Positions 7,135 to 14,117 of a stretch of 64,000 nucleotides of DNA are shown piece after piece. Position 1 is the first letter of the stretch. Each line of letters begins with the position of its first letter. The DNA comes from Candidatus Parcubacteria bacterium (GTDB lineage Bacteria; Patescibacteriota; Patescibacteriia; Patescibacteriales; UBA12075): positions 50,124-114,123 of the forward strand of contig PKTK01000013.1 in the NCBI GenBank assembly GCA_002869165.1, given 5' to 3'. The notes beneath the pieces are model-generated. The model had not been told where the DNA came from. It saw only the letters and a list, made by a program, of their open reading frames with translations, and searched no databases. The translations under genes were made by a program, and so were the position numbers.

Positions 7135-7160
7135 AAACCCGAGAAGCATCGGGTTTTTTA
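7135..7160 (+). terminator. Intrinsic terminator
   Basis: AACCCGA-GAAGCA-TCGGGTT followed by T6. Confidence 0.75.
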
Positions 7161-7202
7161 ATTTGACTGGATTTTTTTCTGATTTTTAGCTAATCTATAA
7201 CT

Positions 7203-7625
7203 ATGAAGATTATTACCAATACAAGTGAAGAAACACAAGATGAGGCCATGAAATTTGCCAAAACTTTAAAAGGTGGGGAAATTTTTGGCCTAATTGGCGA
7301 CCTAGGAGCTGGCAAAACTACCTTTTGCCAAGGAATTGCCAAAGGACTAGGGATAAAGCAAAATGTTAATTCCCCTACTTTTGTTATTATGAAACAATAT
7401 AATATTGAAGGTAATAGCAACATAAGCAAGCTAATCCATGTTGATGCTTATAGACTGGATTCAAGTCAAGGACTGGACGCTATTGGTCTGCCTGAATTTT
7501 TTGCTAGAGATGATGTTGTAATTCTAATTGAATGGCCGCAAAACATAAAAACCTCCCTTCCTGCAAAAACCAAATATATCAGTTTTGATAAAGACAAGAA
7601 AAAAAGAATAATTTCTTATAACTAA
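7203..7625 (+). CDS. tsaE: tRNA t6A37 biosynthesis ATPase TsaE
   Basis: Contains the Walker A region GDLGAGKTTFCQGIAKGLG and the motifs SPTF and HVDAYRL. Confidence 0.85.
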   Translation: MKIITNTSEETQDEAMKFAKTLKGGEIFGLIGDLGAGKTTFCQGIAKGLGIKQNVNSPTFVIMKQYNIEGNSNISKLIHVDAYRLDSSQGLDAIGLPEFFARDDVVILIEWPQNIKTSLPAKTKYISFDKDKKKRIISYN

Positions 7626-7653
7626 AAACTGTCACGATGGTGACAGTTTTTTA
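7624..7653. terminator. Bidirectional terminator between tsaE and lspA
   Basis: ACTGTCAC-GATG-GTGACAGT is flanked by an A-run and a T-run. Confidence 0.7.
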
Positions 7654-7668
7654 AATATTTTAAAAATG

Positions 7669-8130
7669 TTATGTTTTTTGTCTATCATTTTTGATAGACA
7701 CAAATAGAAAAATAATCACTCCACAAACTATCATTGTATCCGCCACATTAAAAACCGTAAAATATTTCAAATCTAAATAATCTACCACATAACCATACTC
7801 CAACCTATCATAAAGATTGCTAATTGCTCCTGCAAAAACACATAAAAGAAGTGAGGATTCTAATATTTTTCTTTCTTTGATCAATTTATAAATAAAATAC
7901 AAAAGTGTTAACAGGATTAACAATATTAATATAAGTAAAAAATTGCCTGACAAAGGAATGGAAAAAGCAATAAAATAGTTTTTTACAAAATTAAACTTAA
8001 AAAAATCAGATACTAGATTAATTTCTTTGCCATCTAGACCCAAGGCCAAATATTTTAAATACCGATCTAAAACAAACAAAAAAACAGCTACTAATAAGAT
8101 ATAAGCTGTTTTTTTTATATGTAAAAACAT
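7669..8130 (-). CDS. lspA: Lipoprotein signal peptidase II
   Basis: Contains NLYDRLEYGYVVDYLD and FNVADTMIVCGVIIF. I placed the start at the ATG at 8130 (MFLHIKK...) because the longer tracked ORF runs into the dksA-like gene. Confidence 0.8.
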   Translation of the reverse strand: MFLHIKKTAYILLVAVFLFVLDRYLKYLALGLDGKEINLVSDFFKFNFVKNYFIAFSIPLSGNFLLILILLILLTLLYFIYKLIKERKILESSLLLCVFAGAISNLYDRLEYGYVVDYLDLKYFTVFNVADTMIVCGVIIFLFVSIKNDRQKT

Positions 8131-8134
8131 TTTT

Positions 8135-8524
8135 TTATACTTGGCTTTGCAATTTTGTTTTACAGGCGATACAAGCAGAAGCAACCGGACGCGCTTGCAT
8201 ACGTTTTTTAGAAATAGGCTCTTTGCAGTATTTACAAATACCGTATTCACCTTTTTCAATTCTATCAAGAGCTGAATCAATATCTCTTAATGTTCCTTCT
8301 AACACCTTGTCAGTGGCAAGATTGGTGGTATATTCACCAATTTCCTGGGCATTTTCATCAGATTTATCACCATATTCAGGAAATTTAACTTTTTTCTTTG
8401 CTTCACCATCTTCACTTGTATCTACAATATCTTCCAAATCTTCTAAAATTTGTTTTTTTCTATCTAGAAGCTCTTCCTTAATTTTTTTGATATCTTCTTT
8501 ATTTAATACATCTGTATTTGTCAT
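8135..8524 (-). CDS. DksA/TraR-family C4 zinc-finger protein
   Basis: An acidic coiled-coil N-terminus is followed by CKYCKEPISKKRMQARPVASACIACK (CxxC-N17-CxxC). Confidence 0.75.
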   Translation of the reverse strand: MTNTDVLNKEDIKKIKEELLDRKKQILEDLEDIVDTSEDGEAKKKVKFPEYGDKSDENAQEIGEYTTNLATDKVLEGTLRDIDSALDRIEKGEYGICKYCKEPISKKRMQARPVASACIACKTKLQSQV

Positions 8525-9092
8525 ATTTTTATTTTTTTAAATAAATAAAATCAGGCCTTCCATTGTCTGAAAGTAATTATATTATATGTCAAAACCTAAT
8601 ATTTGGCAAGATAGTCAATATTTTAGGTATTATAAAAGGGCCCATTAGGCCTCCGTAATTTTTATATTATATATGAGTCCTTTAAATGAGCCCTACCTCT
8701 AAAAAATTGTTATAATATCGCTTTTTATAGCAATATCTATAAATCCCTTTTTCAGAGCTCATTTGACTATTCAACTTCTAGTCAATATTTTTTACCAATC
8801 TAGTGGTTTTTTTCAGAAATTTTTTTGTTTTTTTTATTTTCCAGAAAAAACCTTTGTTTTGTTTTTGTTTTTGATCTTTTTAAAGATTTGTATAAATTGT
8901 GTTGAATCCAATTTTACCGATCAGTAAAAAACAGAAAATTATATCAAATTTTTTGATATACTTTTCTTAATTGTGCAAAGAACATTTAACTATTATTACT
9001 ATACCATATAAATACGACTCGGTCAATCATATATTATCATTTTTTTTATACTAAAGTAAGGCAAAAATATGAACACATTTTTTATACACAAC

Positions 9093-9400
9093 TTAAGTCT
9101 ACACTAATGTAGACTTAAGTCTAAATCTTCAACAAACATATCCCCATTTTTTATGCTTTATCCACATATTAGTGTTGATAAGTCCACAATATTGTGGACT
9201 TAAATCTATTACTTATTTTAAACTGTTTAATTTTCCTCAATTTTCTTTCTATTTTAAGTCTACGCTAGCGTGGACTTAAATTAACTATTTTCTAAACAAC
9301 ATCCACGTTATATCATTAATACATTAATAAAAGGAATTGAAAGATAAAAAAACCATTATAAAATATACCCCAACTTAAGTCTATAATAGCGTGGACTTAA
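9093..9400. repeat. Cluster of four 26-bp palindromes, consensus TTAAGTCYAC-N6-GTRGACTTAA
   Basis: Copies lie at 9093-9118 (perfect), 9178-9203, 9254-9279 and 9375-9400. A fifth copy is at 36543-36568. The spacing is irregular (85, 76 and 121 bp). Confidence 0.8.
9158..9166 (+). promoter_or_regulatory. Perfect DnaA-box consensus TTATCCACA
   Basis: This is an exact 9-mer. Nearby degenerate boxes include TTATACACA (9081-9089) and AGTCCACA/TGTGGACT inside palindrome 2. Function is unproven. Confidence 0.35.
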
Positions 9401-9413
9401 ATTTTGACTTTCT

Positions 9414-9439
9414 AGATTCCTGCTTCCATAGGAATGACA
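9414..9439. repeat. Family A short hairpin unit
   Basis: AGATTCCTGCTTCCATAGGAATGACA. Confidence 0.55.
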
Positions 9440-9484
9440 AAAAAAGGAGTAAGGAATAACAGAGGTAGAAGTATTGTTTTGTGA

Positions 9485-9552
9485 AGGCGGCCACTTGCAG
9501 TGACCTACTCTACCTCACGTTCAAGAGATTCCTCGTTTCACTCGGAATGACA
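9485..9552. repeat. Family A long-form unit
   Basis: GGCGGCCACTTGCAGTGACCTACTCTACCTCACGTTCAAGAGATTCCTCGTTTCACTCGGAATGACA is collinear with 52214-52281. Confidence 0.7.
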
Positions 9553-9617
9553 AAAAAATAAGGTCTGGACCGCCCAGTCATCTGACTGGGCAAGGATTCT
9601 TACATTATTAAGTGATA

Positions 9618-9666
9618 TTTGAGGTCTGGACCGGATTCGAAGAGGCGGAAGCCTCACACCCTCAAG
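9618..9666 (-). repeat. Direct copy of the tRNA-Cys 3' end, fused to a 19-nt arm shared with the tRNA-Lys locus
   Basis: Positions 9618-9641 are identical to 9791-9814 (tRNA-Cys T-loop to 3' end plus flank). Positions 9633-9660 are the reverse complement of GGTGTGAGGCTTCCGCCTCTTCGAATCC, also found at 37532-37559 and 37710-37737. A shorter 12-nt copy is at 9561-9572. Confidence 0.8.
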
Positions 9667-9738
9667 AATTTTAATATGATCTTAAAAAATACTGTTTTAA
9701 CATTGGCATCATTTTTTTATCTATTTTTACATCTCAGG

Positions 9739-9762
9739 CACCGGTTCGAACCGATCCAGACT
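9739..9762 (+). repeat. Inverted degenerate copy of the tRNA-Cys 3' half
   Basis: CACCGGTTCGAACCGATCCAGACT compares with the tRNA sense sequence CACCGGTTCGAATCCGGTCCAGACC. Confidence 0.65.
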
Positions 9763-9786
9763 AAAAAAAGAACCCCATCTGGGGTT
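9763..9786 (-). terminator. Intrinsic terminator after tRNA-Cys
   Basis: The minus-strand sense reads AACCCC-AGAT-GGGGTT followed by CTTTTTTT. Confidence 0.7.
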
Positions 9787-9794
9787 ATTTTTTG

Positions 9795-9866
9795 AGGTCT
9801 GGACCGGATTCGAACCGGTGAATAACGGTTTTGCAAACCGTGGCCTTACCACTTGGCGACCAGACC
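9795..9866 (-). tRNA. tRNA-Cys (anticodon GCA)
   Basis: The reverse complement reads GGTCTGG..ACGGT-TTGCAAA-ACCGT..CCGGTTCGAATCCGG..CCAGACC-T. The cloverleaf is consistent. CCA is not encoded. Confidence 0.85.
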
Positions 9867-10041
9867 AGTATATTTATTTCAAAAATTTTAAATAAAAAAT
9901 TTTGAAATTTTTAACTAATTTTACTTTATAAATAATATCAGAAAGATTGATAAAAGACAAGGTTTTGATATTTTTCCTAAAATTAAAAAGGGGTCAAAAT
10001 TTGCCCCTTTTTATTTTAAAATATTTAGCCGTTATTATATT

Positions 10042-10113
10042 TGTCATTCCTGTGAGGGTAGAGATCTCATAGCCTTCTTATTTTACGAGATTCCTGCCTC
10101 CACAGAAATGACA
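10042..10113. repeat. Family A inverted-arm element
   Basis: TGTCATTCCTGTGAGGGTAGAGATCTC ... GAGATTCCTGCCTCCACAGAAATGACA. Confidence 0.6.
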
Positions 10114-10151
10114 CGAGAATGGATAAAAATTATATTTTTAAGCTTATAATT

Positions 10152-10697
10152 TTATTGATTCAATATCTCAATAGTAGCGTACTGAACACAAAAATCTATA
10201 GCATTTTCATGTGACAACAACCATACATCTACTCTGTCAGTATAACGCTTATTCATTCTATCTCTTACGACAAACACTCTATCTCCAAAAAGTTCTGGAA
10301 TACGTACCTGGGTGCCAAATTTTAGAAAATTTGCAGCAATTGTGTATTCAATGCCATGTTCACAAACATTAAAACCATTAGCTGTAATACAAGGGCTGTC
10401 GTCAGTTTGGCCTGGCTCTGAATTATATGCGGTCATAACCACATTTTTAGTCCAAGCTATATCTGATTCCTCTTCTTCGGCTATCATATTTACTGCTGTA
10501 ATATTAGCTGAAACTTCTGATTTTTGGCTATTACTAGCAAATATTTTTAAATCTGTTTTAATCATCTCTTTCATATTAACACCCTCTTTACTAAAACCAG
10601 CGTATGGAAATAATAATAATTCCATAATCATAGCCATCATAACAAATGGAATAACTGGATTTGTGATAAAACTAGATTTTTGATTTAATGTTAGCAT
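10152..10697 (-). CDS. 3D-domain (DPBB/MltA-like) cell-wall protein with an N-terminal membrane anchor
   Basis: The C-terminal half reads AYNSEPGQTDDSPCITANG...IAANFLKFGTQVRIPELFGDRVFVVRDRMNKRYTDRVDVWL. This carries the 3D-domain aspartates. Confidence 0.65.
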   Translation of the reverse strand: MLTLNQKSSFITNPVIPFVMMAMIMELLLFPYAGFSKEGVNMKEMIKTDLKIFASNSQKSEVSANITAVNMIAEEEESDIAWTKNVVMTAYNSEPGQTDDSPCITANGFNVCEHGIEYTIAANFLKFGTQVRIPELFGDRVFVVRDRMNKRYTDRVDVWLLSHENAIDFCVQYATIEILNQ

Positions 10698-10889
10698 TTT
10701 TTTAAATGTTATAATTATACTGTTATCTAATATTAGCTATTTATCTAAAAATTTTTTTGCCTTATTAAATAACATTAAATAATAACATATTTTTCTATTT
10801 TTGTCAATGGTAATACCTTTTAGTCTTTAAAAAAATAATAAACTCCTCACCTTGTGAAGAGTTTATTATTTAATTTAAAATTCTAAGGA

Positions 10890-12062
10890 CTAGTCTTCTT
10901 TTTTCTCCGTTTTTGTTTCCTCTTTTTTGGCTTTTTCTGTTTTTTCTGTTTTTTCTTCTTTTTTATCAGTTTCTTTTCCGTATGAAAGACCTAATCTGTG
11001 TTCTTTGGCCTCGATAGACACTATAGTAAATTCATATTTTTCCTTGGCTTTGAATAGATCAAATATTTTTTGACCTGGAGCTAAGTTTAGTTGAGATATA
11101 TGAGCTAAACCGTGAATATCATCATCTAAAGAAACAAATAAACCAAATGGATTTACCTTAAGCACAGTTACTTCTACTACTTGTCCAACTTTATATTTTT
11201 CTTCTACACCTGACCATGGATCTTTGATAAGATTTTTGGCTGACAAGAAAATCTTTGAATTATCAAGGTTGATAACCTCAGCTTTGATGGTATCACCAAC
11301 CTTATATAAATCATTTGGATCATCGATTCTTTGCCAAGCTAATTCAGAAATATGAATAAGGCCTTCTAAATTTTCGCCAAAGGAAATAAAAATTCCAAAA
11401 TCAGTAATTGCAGTAATATCACCTTCAACTATTGTTCCTACTTTATATTTTGAAATAATATCTTTTTGCTTTTCGTTCCATGCTTCTTTTTCAGAAAAGA
11501 TTATTTTGTCTTCTTTTTCATCAAGAGTCATAAGTCTTACGGTAAATTCTTTACCTACAAAACTTCTAAGTTTTTCTAGAATTCTACCTTTGTCACCACC
11601 ATTAATCCTAGGATAATTCTCAGGAGCTAGCTGTGAAACTGGTAAAAAGCCTGGAATTTGACGATATTTTACTAGCAAACCACCTTTATTAGCGTCCACT
11701 ACTTTAACCTTAATATTGGTTTTATTGTCTCTAGCATCAAATAAACCTTGCCAAGCACGTTCTTGGCCAGCAAATTTAAATGATAGCTCTAATTCACCGT
11801 TTTCATTTTCACCTTCGATTACTGTAGCTTCAACTTCGTCACCTGGTTTTAAATTTGCGTAATCATCATCTTCTTCATATAATTCTGGGCCTCTAACAAC
11901 ACCTGTTAGAACTCCATCAATATCAAGCTTTACTTCAGCTTTTGAAGCAGTAATAACCTTACCTTTTACTAATTCGCCAATTTGGGGAACTTGAAAGTCC
12001 CAATCATCAAGCATTTTATTAAACTCATCATGAGCTTTTGTTTGTTTTTTTTCTTCTGACAT
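10890..12062 (-). CDS. rpsA: 30S ribosomal protein S1 (four S1 domains, K/E-rich tail)
   Basis: Repeated S1 OB motifs are present: GELVKGKVI.., VEGDITAITDFGIFISF.., GQVVEVTVLKVNPFGLFVSL... Confidence 0.8.
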   Translation of the reverse strand: MSEEKKQTKAHDEFNKMLDDWDFQVPQIGELVKGKVITASKAEVKLDIDGVLTGVVRGPELYEEDDDYANLKPGDEVEATVIEGENENGELELSFKFAGQERAWQGLFDARDNKTNIKVKVVDANKGGLLVKYRQIPGFLPVSQLAPENYPRINGGDKGRILEKLRSFVGKEFTVRLMTLDEKEDKIIFSEKEAWNEKQKDIISKYKVGTIVEGDITAITDFGIFISFGENLEGLIHISELAWQRIDDPNDLYKVGDTIKAEVINLDNSKIFLSAKNLIKDPWSGVEEKYKVGQVVEVTVLKVNPFGLFVSLDDDIHGLAHISQLNLAPGQKIFDLFKAKEKYEFTIVSIEAKEHRLGLSYGKETDKKEEKTEKTEKAKKEETKTEKKED

Positions 12063-12072
12063 ATTATTTTAT

Positions 12073-12172
12073 AATTCTCCCTTTTTTAAGGGGAGTACCA
12101 CGAAGTAGGGAGGGGTTTAGTATATAAAACTCCCCGGCCTTCGGCCACCCCTCTTCAAGAAGAGGGGAATTA
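12073..12172. repeat. Family B composite G+C-rich repeat (inverted relative to 2263-2364) inside the rpsA leader
   Basis: AATTCTCCC..GGGGAGTACCACGAAGTAGGGAGGGG ... CTCCCCGGCCTTCGGCCACCCCTCTTCAAGAAGAGGGGAATTA. Confidence 0.7.
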
Positions 12173-12431
12173 TCTCTTTCTTACACTGTTTTAAATTTAC
12201 CCAATAAAAAACAGCTCTTTTAACCTATCCGTCTGTTTTTTCTACGGAATCAGTTCTTTGGCCGCCTTTATTCACCAAAGAATTATATTATAGGCGCTAA
12301 GTTTTTAATATACTTAGTATACTTGATTTTTAGATTTTGTCAATAATCTATTACAATTCTAAAAATATTCTACAAAAACTACAAATTAGGAATAAAAAAA
12401 CCAAACATTTTTATTAATGTTTGGTGATTAT

Positions 12432-12508
12432 TGGTCGGGACGATAGGATTTGAACCTATGACCTCCGCGTTCCGAACACGGCGCGCTACCAAACTGCGCT
12501 ACGCCCCG
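12432..12508 (-). tRNA. tRNA-Pro (anticodon CGG); CCA is encoded
   Basis: The reverse complement reads CGGGGCG-TA-GCGC..GCGC-G-CCGTG-TTCGGAA-CGCGG-AGGTC-ATAGG-TTCAAAT-CCTAT-CGTCCCG-ACCA. Confidence 0.85.
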
Positions 12509-12610
12509 ACTTAAAATAATGATCAATTAATTATTAAAATATATCAATCATTTTCTTTTGTCAAATAAAATAGGCTGTTTTTCCTTTTTCCTGGAAAAAC
12601 AGCCTTGAAG

Positions 12611-12721
12611 CTATTCTTTTTCAAGCAAGTGTTGATTTTCGACAAATGCCTTTACAACGATAATTGACATTGGAAGGGAAACGATTCCTAGCCAAATTGC
12701 GGGGGTAACATTTTCAAACAT
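12611..12721 (-). CDS. Putative 36-aa single-TM peptide
   Basis: A GAGGAGG Shine-Dalgarno sequence precedes the ATG at 12721. The product is MFENVTPAIWLGIVSLPMSIIVVKAFVENQHLLEKE. The longer tracked ORF (64 aa) has no Shine-Dalgarno sequence. Confidence 0.3.
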   Translation of the reverse strand: MFENVTPAIWLGIVSLPMSIIVVKAFVENQHLLEKE

Positions 12722-12845
12722 TTTCCACCTCCTCAAGTCGCCTGCTTTCTTTTCCGGCTGCTTTACACAAACCCAGTACCAGTGTAAATACAAAAACTGA
12801 TACAATCACAACAACACCAACAACAATACTGACAATTATGTTCAT
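12714..12845 (-). CDS. Putative 43-aa single-TM peptide
   Basis: AAGGAG precedes the ATG at 12845. The product is MNIIVSIVVGVVVIVSVFVFTLVLGLCKAAGKESRRLEEVENV. It overlaps the next small ORF by 8 nt. A TTGACA-17-TATTAT promoter lies upstream. Confidence 0.3.
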   Translation of the reverse strand: MNIIVSIVVGVVVIVSVFVFTLVLGLCKAAGKESRRLEEVENV

Positions 12846-12976
12846 TCTATTTCTCCTTTTTTAAATTACAATATTTTGATAATTTTAATAATAACATATT
12901 ATTTAATATTTGTCAACTAAACCAAAAACAGCTCCTTATAAAAAGAGCTGTTTTTTATTTTAAACCTTATATTCAA

Positions 12977-13960
12977 CTAGCTTCCACACTCAGCTGCGGT
13001 TGCTGACCCAGAGCCGTCAAATCCAAATCCAGGAGCTGGAGATACAGCTGATAGTTCTGTATTACATTCACTTGGGGCATTCTCAAAACCAGCACAAATA
13101 GTTCTAAGAAGAGTTGAAGAATCTCTGCCGCTTGAAATCTTAGTACCATTTATGACCAAAGAAGGTGAACCTGATACAGCGTACTTAGCTGCGTCATCCT
13201 CATATATTGGAAAAGTAGGATATGAACCACCCTTCCAAGTATTTCTATCATTATACATCTCTGTAATCTTGTATTCATTGTCGGTTGCAGTCACACATGA
13301 ATCAAGACTGCTTTTGTTTATACCTACACTAGCCACGCACCGCTCACCATCTGCATCCTCTAAGAAACAATACAAATATTCTTTAAGCTTTTCTGGTTCG
13401 TTCTTTTGAATACAGTATTGGGCAATTTGTTCATCAACTTCCTTTTTATCATGCATAGCATAATCACAGAACTTCAGCTCGAAATCAACCTTATCACCCA
13501 AAGTATCTAATACTTGTAAAATACCTTTTTCCATTTGAGTACCATATAGACAATGACTCATCACAAATAGTTCTACTTTTGGAGTTTTTTGTTTAGAAAC
13601 ATCAGCCAAAGTTGCCTCTTGACTAGCATTTTGCGAACTAGCTGATGCTTCAGCTTCACCCTCTACCTCTGCTATATCTAAAGCACTTGGAAAAAATGTT
13701 TTGCCATCCAGTGACAAATAACTTTCAGTTACTTGTCCGCCTGGAACATTCACTGATGCTCGATACAGACTATTTTCTTTTACTACTTCAGAGATAGACA
13801 CCTCTTGACCTTGTTGCATCAGATATTCATTAATAAAATCTGCTATAATAACTTTAGCTTCTTCCAAAGTAACCTCCTTAGCTTCGTTTTTATCTCCGAC
13901 TAAATTACAGCCGCTTAAAAAAACCAAGAAAAATAAGCTTAACACAAATATTTTTTTCAT
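12977..13960 (-). CDS. Lipoprotein with a thioredoxin/DsbA-like region (degenerate CxxC)
   Basis: The lipobox is FLVFLSGC. The region VELFVMSHCLYGTQMEKG resembles a DsbA-type active-site region but reads C-L-Y-G. Several Cys residues lie downstream. Confidence 0.4.
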   Translation of the reverse strand: MKKIFVLSLFFLVFLSGCNLVGDKNEAKEVTLEEAKVIIADFINEYLMQQGQEVSISEVVKENSLYRASVNVPGGQVTESYLSLDGKTFFPSALDIAEVEGEAEASASSQNASQEATLADVSKQKTPKVELFVMSHCLYGTQMEKGILQVLDTLGDKVDFELKFCDYAMHDKKEVDEQIAQYCIQKNEPEKLKEYLYCFLEDADGERCVASVGINKSSLDSCVTATDNEYKITEMYNDRNTWKGGSYPTFPIYEDDAAKYAVSGSPSLVINGTKISSGRDSSTLLRTICAGFENAPSECNTELSAVSPAPGFGFDGSGSATAAECGS

Positions 13961-14117
13961 GAGTTTTGTTATTTGTTATATTATTAATTATACGTCATGG
14001 AAAATGATAAAATTTCTTGCTTACTAACTCTATCATTTTTTAATACAAAGCGTCAAACAAGCACTCTCCTTGTTTAACGCTTTTTTTTTTTTATTTAAAT
14101 TTTTCTTTAATTCAAGT

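Noticed and set aside
8131-8280. A 50-codon N-terminal extension of lspA (tracked start at 8280), and similarly a 33-codon extension of prs (tracked start at 48734).
   Set aside because: The extensions overlap the 3' ends of the upstream dksA-like and elp3-like genes. Internal starts (the ATG at 8130; the GTG at 48635 with an AAGGGGGA Shine-Dalgarno sequence) give canonical N-termini.
8561-8600. A possible dif (XerC/D) site: TCTGAAAGTAATTATATTATATGTCAAAAC contains TATGTCAAA, resembling the XerD arm TTATGTCAAGT. Gene orientation converges on this region.
   Set aside because: The left arm and the overall dyad symmetry are poor, and an extra base is needed to align the right arm. It cannot be distinguished from AT-rich background by eye.
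9093-9400. A CRISPR-like array of spaced repeats.
   Set aside because: The repeats are themselves palindromes with a variable 6-nt centre. The spacing is irregular (76-121 bp). There are only four copies. No cas genes are present in the window.
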